From positions 1,426,001 to 1,490,000 of the forward strand of contig JAUFOQ010000006.1 in the NCBI GenBank assembly GCA_040285855.1: a DNA stretch of 64,000 nt, read 5' to 3'. Shown one piece after another: positions 1 through 11,187 of this stretch. Below the pieces are notes generated by a model. It was not told the DNA's origin. It ran no database searches and saw only the letters and a program-made list of their open reading frames with translations. This DNA is from Eukaryota sp. GEM-RC1 (Eukaryota). How positions within the stretch are numbered: the stretch's first letter is position 1; every line of letters begins with the position of its first letter. Both the position numbers and the translations under genes were made by a program.

Positions 1-478
1 AATCACACAGACGAAGATCACAATTAGCATTGAGGAGGATATTCCTGGGTTTGAGATCTCTGTGAATGACATGAGCAGAATGCATATATTTGAGTGCTCT
101 TAGAATTTGGTAAATAAAACACTGACAATGTTCGTCGGTAAGAGGTTGAGGAGACTGAATAATTCTGTACATGTCAGTTTCCATGAACTCAATAACTAAA
201 TAGACGTCCTTGAAATGCTTGTAGGACTTGGGAGCAATGATGTCAAGAAGAGTAATGATATTCTCATGTTGGAGATGACGAAGAAGTTGTATCTCGCGGA
301 GTGTACGTTTTCCGTCAACGGGGTTTTCGAACGCGCTGTTGATCTTCTTAATGGCAACCTTCTTTCCAGTTTGGACATCCTTTGCAGCACAAACAAGTCC
401 ATAGGCACCCTGACCGAGAGTGTTCAGTAAGTGATAACGTTCAGGAAGTTCGAATTCAGCTCCAAAAGCAGTCTTCAT
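1..478 (-). CDS. MAP kinase (ERK/p38-type), 5' part; runs off the window start
   Basis: Manual translation from ATG at 478: MKTAFGAEFELPERYHLLNTLGQGAYGLVCAAKD...VAIKKI...KRTLREIQLLRHLQHENII...LTDEHCQCFIYQILRALKYMHSAHVIHRDLKPRNILLNANCDLRLCD. These are typical MAPK signature segments. Absent from the ORF track because there is no stop inside the window. Confidence 0.93.
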   Translation of the reverse strand, partial: MKTAFGAEFELPERYHLLNTLGQGAYGLVCAAKDVQTGKKVAIKKINSAFENPVDGKRTLREIQLLRHLQHENIITLLDIIAPKSYKHFKDVYLVIEFMETDMYRIIQSPQPLTDEHCQCFIYQILRALKYMHSAHVIHRDLKPRNILLNANCDLRLCD

Positions 479-639
479 GTGTAGGAAAGATTTTGACAAA
501 AACTCGGCCAAAATAGGAAACTTGAACTCTTTGTCTTTTTCAAGAGTTCTGTATCACACATCAAATCTGGTTCAATGAGTGACTCTGACAGAGCTGTCCT
601 AAATGTAGGTTTTAAGTGTGTTTTCAAATCTTTTTTTTG

Positions 640-1430
640 TACTAGAGTTTATTATAAACGTAATAAATCAAACAACTAAAATTTGATGTCATTAAAACAA
701 CACCCGTCGCTATCAAACCTTACAACAGCTTTGTCTTCATAAAAGGCACTCACTGCTAATAGAGCTTTGGAGATGATTAGGGGAACTGTTTTAAAAACAG
801 TAAAAACGATCCGATTCAACCATAACGTATGATCAAAACGTTTGTTCATCCTATTTTTTACGATTTTTCCGAAATCGTTTAAAAAATTCAATGCACTTTT
901 CCTAAACGTCCGTAAATTGAAACGGCAAAGGGCATAATTCGTACTCAACATGTTTTACATGTTTTAAAGCCATCAATGGTTTTCTGTACATATCCTGTTT
1001 GGCCTGTTCAGAAATGTCTAAAGGAGAAGTTTCAGACGAAGCGTTCTTTAAAGATGTCTTTTACAAACATCCACTGACACTACATCAACAACAAACAATT
1101 TGTCTGAAGAAGAAGGGACAACAACATCTGCTCTCCGTTTACCAAAAAATTGGTTCTGTTTTTCGACATTATAATTATTACTTGGTTCTAAAGATCTTAA
1201 AAGTGGTTCAACAAATGACTCAATTTTGTAAGACTTACACATAGCATGTATTTGATCTCTTACAGCATCATGCATACACGTTCGATAAGTTATGTAGCGA
1301 TTACAACTTAACAGATGAGAAAACGTTAATTGTTTTCCACAGCTACATTGAAGATCATTTGGCAAATTATATGGCCATAAATAACAAGTTCAATTATAAT
1401 ATTCAAGTTTTCAGGATATATTCTTTAATA
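640..1430 (-). mobile_element. Degenerate 3' fragment of an RLE-type (CRE/R2-like) non-LTR retrotransposon
   Basis: ORF 1048..1365 has a CCHC-like motif (CSC...HLLSC), then HDAVRD, VEP and RADVVV...VVDV, the PD-(D/E)xK restriction-like endonuclease layout. Ends are approximate. Confidence 0.7.
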
Positions 1431-1790
1431 CCGAAAGAATTTAGGAAATGACGTCAATACAGTCAAGGAGTTTCCATATACAACTTTACTAGGATGCCAT
1501 TTGCAGAGTACACAATAATGAATGAATTCTGAAACTGTAATGACACTGGTGTTCAAGTAACAACCAAAAAAACAACACCTGTTTCAGCAAAGCTTAAGGC
1601 CTTACGATGGGTGTTAGAAGTAGAGCTGGGCATTCGACTAGACTAGTCTACTGACTACGGACTAGACTAAGCTTTTAGTCTAAATCGTAGTCTACTCACT
1701 TAGTCTTAGTCTAGTCCGTAGTCTGTTCATTCAATCTGTAGTCTAGTCTGTTCATAATAAATTAGTGTAATCATTAGTCTATTTTTTTAA

Positions 1791-3805
1791 GAATCAAATT
1801 CATTTCTAGACACATAAAATGGAGTATGTTCAAAAATAGACACTTAACAAATTTCTTCTCACATACACTTTACAACATGGATAGCAACCAAAGACAACAT
1901 ACTACAATTGCCCAGGGAAGCAGCTTTGCAAACAAAGAAGACTTGGTCTATCAACACAATCTTTATACAGCTGGACAAAAAGAAGAACTCGTGTAGTGAA
2001 CAGCAGCAAAAAACGCTGGAGTGTTAAATGCAAGACCGACAGCGATTGCAACTACCATCTACATGCATCTTCACGTCGTGATGACGGAGAGTTTACTATT
2101 ACAGCTTTTGAAGAACACACTTGTCGTAGACTTGCTACTACTGCGACACTAACAGCAAAAACTGTTGGAAGATCCCAACTGGACATGACAAACTCGACTC
2201 CTCTCTCCCCCACTTCACTCTCTCGAAAAGCCAAAGAATCTCTTGGTGTTGATCTGACACCGAGTAAAGCCTTACGAGGTGTACAGGAACAGGAAAAATT
2301 GTTATTTGGTGATGCAACTGAATCATATGCTTTACTAGAAAAGTACATTCCAGCTCTTCGACTGTCAGATGCAAATCACGTTGTACATTGCGAATTTCGG
2401 GAATTACAGGATGGTCAGAGGGAGTTTGACAAGATATTTTGGGCATATGGTCCCTCAATTGAAGGTTTTAAGCATTGTAGAAGCTTCCTTACAGTCGATG
2501 CTTGTCATATCAAAACCATGTACAAAGGCCATATGATGATAGCCGTTTCCCTGGATGCCGAAGGGCAAATTTTCCCAGTTGCATTTTCTGTGGTAGGTGG
2601 AGAGACGTTGGCCAATTGGCGGTGGTTCTTGAACCAACTAAAGTCAATTGTGGGAGAGCGGGAACTTACAATTGTGGCTGACCGAAACAGTGGACTTCAG
2701 ACAGCACTCAGTGAAATTTTTGTTGACTGTCATGTGGCCTATTGCCTAGAACACTTAAAGGCAAATGTCAGAAATAATGGAGGTGGGACTATTTGTTCTT
2801 ATTTACGGAAGGCTGCAGAGTGTGTTACAGAGGAAGACCTGACAAATGTTTTGGAAGAGATGAGAGCTATTTCACCTAGAGGCTATGCATATGTTCAGAA
2901 GCTGGATTTTTCCAAGTTAATTGATGTTAGATTCCAAGGAAACCGATATGGGCACTATACATCGAATATATCGGAAAGTTTGAACGCGTGGATCAACAAA
3001 GAAAGGAAAATGCCGATTGTGAAGAGCATGGAATGGATGAGACGACGTCTAATGAAATGGTTCTATGAAAGGAAGAAAAGATCGTTGACTATGAATGGTG
3101 TGTTAGTTGACAGTGTTGAAAAGAAGGTGAGTCAAATTGACGATGAAGCTAGAAGGTTAACTGTACTCCCCAGTAGTGATACCATCTTTGAAGTTTTGAG
3201 TTTTCCACCAAGGATGGTGAATCTTGAAGAAAGATTCTGCAGCTGTGGAGAATGGAAAAGAATAGGGATTGTATGTGTTCATGTGCTTGCAGTGCTGTTA
3301 GCTCAAAGACTGGATTATAGTGAGTTTTGTGAAGAATTTTATACCACAGAACAATACTGCAAAACCTATGAAATTGGTTTGATGCCAGTAGCTTCTCGTC
3401 AGGAATGGGTTCCGGAAAATCTTGATGAACCCGTATTGCCAGAACTTCAACCTCCTACAGGCAATAGACAGTCCGGAAGAGGACGCAGACAAGTGAATCG
3501 GCGAAGAGGGCTAGGAGGAAGATGAATGTGTTATTGATGTTGATATTGTTGTACTATAGTCTTTAGATGTTCAGATATGTATAAATCTGGTTTATTGTGA
3601 TGTAAATAGAGACATCTTGATATCGAAAACAGCAGGAAATACAAAGAAAGATAACAACAGAACAAATGCAGCAGAAGACTTGATCTTCACAGTGTCTATT
3701 TCTGAACCCTCTCTTAAAAAGTATGTCTATAATTGTGTAACATTGAACGTGTGGTGTCTATTTTTGGCGGTGTGGAAATCAGGTGTCTATTTTTGCAGTT
3801 GTCCC
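1791..3805 (+). mobile_element. Mutator-like (MULE) DNA transposon nested in the hAT element
   Basis: 9-bp TSD TTTTTTTAA at 1782-1790 and 3806-3814; weak TIRs sharing TAGACAC at the same offset from each end; contains the transposase gene. Confidence 0.8.
1877..3525 (+). CDS. MuDR/MULE DDE transposase with SWIM zinc finger
   Basis: FLTVDACH, TIVADRN and NISESLN supply the D-D-E triad; YCLEH motif; SWIM CSCGEWKRIGIVCVH. ATG at 1877 joins ORF 1996..3525 through one indel at the A-run near 1977-1981. Confidence 0.92.
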
Positions 3806-4502
3806 TTTTTTTAACACAATGACTGAACCTCCTGAAAAACTGCACAGACTTTCTCTACAACCATTGTCTCCAAAACAGAGTTGGAACGGTCATTAATTCT
3901 ATAAGCCATCAGCAAGTCGCAATCAGAAGCACTGCCTCCTTTGTGCTCCGGATGGTAAAACCATCCAGCGCTTGTTTGTTTGAAATCTTGGGCTGATGGT
4001 ACCGTCGATGTATTTGACTTCTAGTGTTTCAGTAGAATTTTTTTGTTATAAATTCATGTTTGGACAAAACTATTTAGTCTATTTAGTATCTTTCTCTCGT
4101 CTAAGTCTAGTCCGTAGTCTAATGGTGTAGTCTGTAGTTTAGTCGGTAGTCAGTTACTTTAGTCGTAGTCTAGTCTATAGTTTATTGGTGTAGTTTGTAG
4201 TCTAGTCGGTAGTCAGTTACTTTAGTCTTAGTATAGTCTAGTCAGTCTGTGCCAGCTCTAGTTAGAAGTGAGTCATTTCAGTATCTTTCACAATAACCAA
4301 ATTATTTGTTTTTCTTTGCTGTGGAAGTCAAAGATCATACCTCAACTTTTCACCAACTTTTCTACAGATCCTTTGGACACTAAACAAGCCCACAGCCATT
4401 AGAAATCGATCGGGTTGTACGACTTCTACGCACAAATTAAGCGAAAGTCGCTGTTATTGAGTAATCCAAAGAGAAATCTGAGCTGAACACGTACTAGTAC
4501 GA

Positions 4503-4610
4503 TCTTCACTCATATAGGTATTTCATTAATTATTTCTGTCCTGTCCTACTGTTCTGTTTGATTGGAGGTCTGTTTTATTTTCCCAATCTATACACAATTC
4601 CTTCAATATC
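4503..4610 (+). pseudogene. Short degenerate copy of the 5' part of the Frag1/DRAM gene at 8145
   Basis: TTGATTGGAGGTCTGTTTTATTTTCCCAATCTATACACAATTCCTT aligns with CTTATTGGAGGCATGTTTTACTTTCCTGATCTCTACACAATTCCTT at ~8211-8256. Confidence 0.7.
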
Positions 4611-4639
4611 ACAGGAGAACATTCACAAAAAATCATCTC

Positions 4640-5020
4640 AAGGAGATGTGAAAATGCTCAAGTAATAGTCTAACATTTGAACATTTGAAGAACTCATCAT
4701 CAAACATTTGTTTCATGCACAAAACAATTTTTCCACAGTTTTGATTCATCAACATACAACCTATTCTGAAGAACTTTGTAAAGAACAGAAACCCAAGTTT
4801 AGAATGTTTGAATAGAAAACCGTATCTTTATTTATTTATCCAAATATGCCCTTCTATTTCTCTTGATTAGTCGAGATACTGTGCGTGTTTAGTGTGAAGG
4901 GTTAAGGTGAAAAACGTAATGTGTTACCAAATGGGGGTGAAGTCGGGTTTTCGGCTTTGCATCATTTGTTTGTTTTAACAATTCCATATTTTAGTAGGAA
5001 TGGTGCCATTTGTAGTAGCG
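4640..5020 (+). mobile_element. Eroded 3' fragment of the same RLE non-LTR family as 18829-19440
   Basis: GAAGAACTTTGTAAAGAACAGAAACCCAAGTTTAGAATG and GAAAAACGTAAT segments match the copy at 19188-19345. Confidence 0.65.
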
Positions 5021-5687
5021 AATACAGTTGCTGTGACCTGTAAACAGGAAGACTAAAGTGAACGTACAACTATTAGACAGTAGCAATTGTGTTTACAGAA
5101 ATGTGCATAATTCGAGGCGAATGACCACTTGACTATTCCAAAGTGAACTTCCGAAAAAAATACAAAAAATACAAAATCAATATTGAAATCGAGTTAAAAA
5201 AATACAAAAAATACAAAAAAATGTATTTCCCAAGCAAGAGAGAACAGTTGGATGAATGTTGAGATGATGAAGACCGTTTTGGACTTTCCAATTTTCCACT
5301 CTACTTCACGTTTGTTAGTTATTGGCTTGATTCTAATCCTCCAAGAACAACATCAGGCAACTCATCCCCCAGTGTAGCAACAATGGTAAGATTGTTGATC
5401 AAAGCACGCATTGATGTCTAAATCCTTTCAAACCTGCTTACTGGGGCTCTTGAGTCAGCTTCATACTGCTCAAAATTCTATTTAAAAACCTGCGTTTCGT
5501 CATTTGCACTTTGGTAGAGCAAATATTGATAACAAACCTGATGTAAAATACCTTGGAACCACTTGATTTGATTAAGAGTAATAGCTGAATGTATCTAAAG
5601 GGCTGTAAAAGAAAGCCCTACAGGGTGTAATTTTTGCGGCTCTAAATTAGAGCACGGGATCTATTCGGTAACTGTCAGTATTATCAC

Positions 5688-6368
5688 CAGGGATTGGAAA
5701 AATATATTAATATTTATAGTCCACCAACAATATTTATTGACAATAAGAGAATTGGAACAATATGATATTGTGATTGTGAACAATAAATAAATATTTATGG
5801 ACAATATATTGCAATATTGGAAAATACAAACATAACGGAGTTTATTTGCAACAACACATTTTTCTACGAGTTGAAAATTCTACCAATTGTTCTTTCATTC
5901 CAGAAAGCAGGATTTCAGAGCAAGAACTATTCTTTTCTATACTGAACTGATCTAAAACATGTCATGTACAACGTAAAGTAAGTTTTGTGTGACTGAAGAT
6001 CCTCTCAACTTCATAGGAGGGAGGGTGATTGACTGAAAAGTCAATGTGGTCAGAATTGCTGGTGCTTGAAACAATAAGTTGACAGTGGAAGGCGATTGTA
6101 GAACTCACTGTATGGTCTTGTTTAGTTTCCTTCTTCTTAAGGAGTCGATGTCTATTCTAATGGATACTGTGTTTTCCCACAAAGATTCTATAAAACACTG
6201 ATGTTTCAATTTTATCACAAACAATAACACATCAATATATGGCAATATATTGTTATTGTACATGCACCAACAATATCATATTGTTATTGTTTATGTACCA
6301 ACAATATCATATTGTTATTGTAAATATTGCAATATATTGCAATACCAATATATTTTTTCCAATACCTG
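5688..6368. mobile_element. Non-autonomous hAT element / MITE (681 bp)
   Basis: TIRs CAGGGATTGGAAAAATATATT / AATATATTTTTTCCAATACCTG; 8-bp TSD ATTATCAC at 5680-5687 and 6369-6376; subterminal CAATA/TATTG repeats. Confidence 0.88.
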
Positions 6369-6591
6369 ATTATCACCAATGAACACCTGCTCTAGTATTT
6401 CTGTATCAACAACATGTGACTACCCGCTCACGAACAAAAGAAGAAGCAATGATAGTAGATGTGTTAGGTCAATAATGACGTGTAATTGTGACCTATGCCT
6501 TTTTATAGAATTGTAATTTAGAAAATCTATCTTCACCATCGTTTTACGCGTAGAAGCAACAGTGATCACTGACGCTATTAGTCACTGAACC

Positions 6592-7715
6592 ATGGACTGC
6601 CCTAGAACCACCCCCATCCTCAAAGAACTCACCTCAGACCAAGTGAAGCAATATCTTGATGACTTCAAGATCGCCCAAAAGAACGATGACTCCCTCTCCC
6701 TGAGAGATGGAATCCCAGACACCATTTTGGAAGGCATTTACCTTCTAAAGCCTGTGGCCGACCCTGACTCGGAAGAAGACCCGCACGAAGGATTTGTCTC
6801 CGCCGATGAAGAGCTAAAGGGTTTCTTCGAGAGCCGTCAAACGATGCCAGTTTCCGATCCGTTGTCTCAACTCTAGCCAACTTAAGACCAGATTATCTCA
6901 AAGAAAGAGATACGGAGGCAAGATACCTCGCGTTCGAGGAAGAGAGCCAGTCACCTCAACCTTGACCTCCCATGGTGGATGAATCAATTTGCCGAAAAGG
7001 TTCGTCCCACCAGGATTGCCGAAGACTTCGTAGAACGCATTATAGCCGGTTCCATCCCCTCGATGACTATTCTGCTACAAGAGGTCATTGATGAATGCAG
7101 CGCTTTTGAACGACTTGATGGGTACCGTACGCCCAACAACCTTCGTCTCGCATCATAACTAACCACCTAAGCACCCAGTCCCTCACGACCAGTGGAACTT
7201 CCAAAGCTCTCACCAAACTCACGGACAAAGAAAGGACCGAGCTCTCTCGATCTGGTTTTTGCTTTAGATGTATACAGAAGGGTCACGTGGCTGCGATGTG
7301 CCCTCTAGCTGTGAAAAAAGAAATAAACGCTATTAACTATGACCGCCCCCCAATCCCTCCTATCCTAATCCCTGTACTCATAAAGGAAGAAGAAATTCTA
7401 GCTTTTGTGGACCCCGAATCAGAGAGCAGCCTTATCCACTCAGACTTAGTGAAGAGACTACAACTCCCCCTTTATTTCACCAAAGTGTCACTGAAAGGAA
7501 TCCACGGCACCTACAGAACCTCTTATGGTACATCTCAAGTCCAATTTGAACTACTCGAACCACATAATCTGATCTTCACAGCCAAGTTCGTCGTTTATGT
7601 CACGGCTTACCCTGTCATCTTAGGCCGTGATATTCTTCACGATCTAGGACTTCTGTCGGAAAAGGTATATTCCTGCATCTTAAAGGCAAAGAGAACTTTT
7701 CAGACGACGACTTAG
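6592..7715 (+). mobile_element. LTR retrotransposon (Ty3/gypsy-like) gag-protease remnant
   Basis: Broken gag-like frames, a CCHC knuckle CFRCIQKGHVAAMC (~7260-7301), and a retropepsin-like AFVDPESESSLI...VILGRD. No RT or integrase follows. Confidence 0.72.
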
Positions 7716-8144
7716 AAAAATTAGCGTCTTTATTATCACTTCTAATCGATTTTTTCATTGTTGAACTCATACAGTGTCGCTTTTCTCTTCTTTTGGCCAA
7801 AAGCATCTGTACTTTGTATCGTTTTGATCGAGGTCTTTCTGTCATCCATGAGTCAACAGTTTAGGATAAGGATAGACGTATAGTAAATGTGCAATCACTC
7901 AAAATTCCAGATAATGTATTCAGATTTGTGGAATTCTTAATCAATGCTTACAGTAAAAAATACTGGTGACTCTCAAGTTGTGAGAGAAATTTCTTCCACC
8001 ACCGTAAAAACAAAACGAACCATCTCAAAAGAATATTATTAACATACTATGGTGATGAATCACATCAGGAAACAACTTCTTAGAGATTCAGAATAGATAA
8101 AAACGTGTGAAGAAGAAGAAGAAATCTTTTTGTCTTCGCAGACA

Positions 8145-8864
8145 ATGCTCTCTGCTGCTGTCTTTACTTATGTAGGGGTTCCGTTGGCCATTTCTATCAT
8201 CGTATTCTGTCTTATTGGAGGCATGTTTTACTTTCCTGATCTCTACACAATTCCTTACATTTCTTACGTATCAGGACGTTATCCTTTCCTACCAGTCTTT
8301 AGTGGTGGTATGACTATCACTGGTTTCTGTATTGCTACGATGTGTCTTCTTTACACTTTTGTTGTTTACCATCGTTCACCAGATCTATTCAAACACGTGG
8401 GAAAGTTCCTCATTGTGGTTGGATCTCTTTCAACCATTGGTGGATTCTGCTTGGGTGCGCTTTCTCTTGTTTCTGTTTACGACAACATTGTTTTACACAC
8501 TGTGTTTGCACAGGTCTTTTTCTGGACCAACATGATAAGCAACACCATGGTGTTTTTCATGTCCAAAAAAGAACATAAACAGCTACGATATAAAAACGAA
8601 AAGGTGGCAAAACAGGCTCGTTTTTGGATCAAGTATCGACTGTACAACCTCATTCTTCTTCCTGTTGTTGTCATTCCTTACTTGCTGTTTCCAGCTTTCG
8701 TTGACATGGAAAAACATGTTTGGGTGAATTCTCTTTGTGCATTGCTGCAGTACATTTCAGTCATGTTAGTAATTAGCTTCTATGGATCTTTAGCTTTTGA
8801 TTTGAGATCTTTTGTAATTAAAATGGAACCACGGGAGTCGTTGGTTAAAAATGTCTGTGCATGA
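8145..8864 (+). CDS. Frag1/DRAM/Sfk1 (TMEM150/PGAP2-like) multi-pass membrane protein
   Basis: About 6 TM segments; PYISYVSG...PVFS motif; H in LHTVFA; C-terminal QY...FYGSLAFD. ATG at 8145 preferred over the TTG at 8130. Confidence 0.8.
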   Translation: MLSAAVFTYVGVPLAISIIVFCLIGGMFYFPDLYTIPYISYVSGRYPFLPVFSGGMTITGFCIATMCLLYTFVVYHRSPDLFKHVGKFLIVVGSLSTIGGFCLGALSLVSVYDNIVLHTVFAQVFFWTNMISNTMVFFMSKKEHKQLRYKNEKVAKQARFWIKYRLYNLILLPVVVIPYLLFPAFVDMEKHVWVNSLCALLQYISVMLVISFYGSLAFDLRSFVIKMEPRESLVKNVCA

Positions 8865-9244
8865 GGGAAATTGAATCTCTCTTTCTAACTTTGTTCCAAT
8901 GTTTTTTTTGAGTATGTTCAGAAACTTAATTAAGTAGTGGTCTGATGATGTGATGATGTATTCACGTGATAATGGTCCTTTGAAATCGTTTCAAAGAACA
9001 ATTATAGTACTGTAGTACATTGTAGGTTTGTATTTGAATTTAATTTCATCAAACTCGTGACAGTTCTTTTTCTGATATTTAAACAATAGAAGTCGACATC
9101 AACTCTCGTTTTATCATTTGTTTTTCAAACCTTACTCTCAAACACTTCAGAGTTTTATACATGTAACAGATATCAACCTCTTTTGAATATCATCAGAATG
9201 AGGTTTGTGAAGTTGAGTCTAGGTTACTAGTTTTGTTAAATAAA

Positions 9245-10294
9245 GAGACTGACTAAATTGACAACTTACCACAAAACATTGACTAAAAACACAGTTTAGC
9301 AACACGACAATTTTCGGTGATGTGATGCTGCTGTTCTGCTGACGTGATCGCTTACATCATAGCATGACTTCTCATTCCGAAACACTCTCTTATCATCTGG
9401 TCTCATACGTACGAGTCTTTACTGCCTATGAGTGACAACATCAATACTCTTACCACCATGCCTCCTCCATATTCCTTCGAAGAAGAACGAGGAACTCCTG
9501 GATACCCTGCGTCAATCTAATGCAGCTACTTCAAGATTATATATGTCGATCTTTGGTCGGAGTTGTCAGCAGATTTGATCTCCGTCATTTACTTAGGACT
9601 ATGGAAGGTGTACAAGAAATGAACTATGAATACTGATACTGTATTAGACCAAAAGCTGTATGCTTTAGGCTTACCCACAAGTTTAGTTGTAAAGATCCAC
9701 ATTGAAGGTGGAACCAAGCTATCAGAAGACGAGGTACATCCTCAATGGCAGATAAATGGAGAAGAATCTCAGAACATACTTAACCAAGTTCCTTCTGAAG
9801 AGATACAAGATGGTGTTGAAATGCAAGAAGAACAAAGTAGATTCCAGGAACTGTGGAACGCAATTCACAATCTTACTGAGTAAGAAGTGTTGTTGCCTAA
9901 ACTCGAGATGGTTTTGCAAGAAGTACAATCAATTCCACAAGCACCAAACAGGGAAGAACTTCGTTAAACCGGTGGGATCCAGAGGAAGTTTAGCTTGTCA
10001 ATTCGAAGTCGTCGAAAATGAGAACCTAAACACAAGAAAATGTGGTATATGTCAAGCTAGAGGTCACAACAGAAGAACTTGTCCTTGAAGAGAAGCACTG
10101 TCCAAAGTGTAGCTAGAGTAGAAACATAAGATGCATTGTATTGGCAGAAAGAATAAACTATTTTTGATTGAGTATCATGTAGCAATCACATGATTGAGAG
10201 GTAAGAAAGAATTGTAGCACGACAAAAATTTCTCGTGTGCTAAATTGTGTTTTTAGTCAATGTTGTGTGGTAAGTTGTCAATTTAGTCAGTCTC
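9245..10294 (+). mobile_element. Non-autonomous MULE-like element with ~60-bp TIRs
   Basis: TIR GAGACTGACTAAATTGACAACTTACCACA...; flanking direct repeat TAAATAAA; broken internal ORF ends in the MULE-type zinc knuckle RKCGICQARGHNRRTCP. Confidence 0.82.
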
Positions 10295-10319
10295 TAAATA
10301 AAAATACAACATAATACTA

Positions 10320-10834
10320 TTACACAAAATGTTTACATGGATCCGTTTGACCACAAACAGCACATCCTCCTTTAGAAGATGTAGCTCGGGGGTAATAGGA
10401 AACTGTATACTGATCATTCAAAAACAGAGACGCTTGAGTTCTTGACCACGCCATACAATGACTATATGAACCAGAATATCCCACTTCACAGCGGCCATGG
10501 CATTTGCAACGACGTACGGGGAAGATCATGTCATTGTTTTTGGAATTCCCATAATGGCTTCTGAAAGACTCGATTCATACACTTCAACAGCGGAAGTTTC
10601 AGTATTGGCAGTATTAATGTTGGAAGCGCAAAGAGCACATCCACCAGAACTGAAGGTAGCACGTGGATAATGCGTACACCTCGCATCAGGAGCAGCTTTC
10701 ATAGATTCAGCAGTTCGTTGACACCAGCAGAAACAATCAACAACAGATCCAGAGTATCCAGCACTACAAATACTGGGACATCTGCAGCCAGCATAAGCTA
10801 AGGCAATCACCAAAGTGATCAGGACAATCTTCAT
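10320..10834 (-). CDS. Secreted cysteine-rich precursor with two homologous domains (probably one gene split by an indel)
   Basis: Signal peptide MKIVLITLVIALAYA. Domain 1 (CRCPSICSAGYSGS...YPRATFSSGGCALC) and domain 2 (CKCHGRCEVGYSGS...YPRATSSKGGCAVC) are clearly homologous. The frame break is at the homopolymer run 10536-10540. Confidence 0.7.
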
Positions 10835-11187
10835 TTGATAGAGAAGTGAAGTGTTCCAAGACAACTTTTTCATTCATGGATCTTCAAATCACATGGATAT
10901 GTACTCAGTTCAATACAGCACGTAAACCAAGGATACAAGCAGATTACGTGCATTTAGTGTGAGAAATATTAATTGATGAATATTGGTTTAAACATTGAGA
11001 TCGCTTGGAATCAAGTTTGAGAGGTATAGTGACTATGTAATTGAACTAATCCCTTGAAAAAAGTCCACAAATAGTTGATTTCACATTTAAACCGATAAAA
11101 TTCAGTAATTGCATTCCATCTTCTTGTACATGACTTTGATAGAACATAATCAATGTACAAACACTAGAAATCACTTCTCTTTCTACT

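Larger units (their letters stand above)
1621..4260. mobile_element. Non-autonomous hAT-type element interrupted by a nested MULE
   Basis: TIRs TAGAGCTGG(G)CA / TGCCAGCTCTA; 8-bp TSD GTTAGAAG at 1613-1620 and 4261-4268; dense subterminal TAGTC/GACTA repeats at both ends. Confidence 0.85.

Noticed and set aside
1621..4260. Chimeric transposon with hAT ends and its own MULE transposase
   Set aside because: An internal 9-bp TSD delimits a separate nested MULE.
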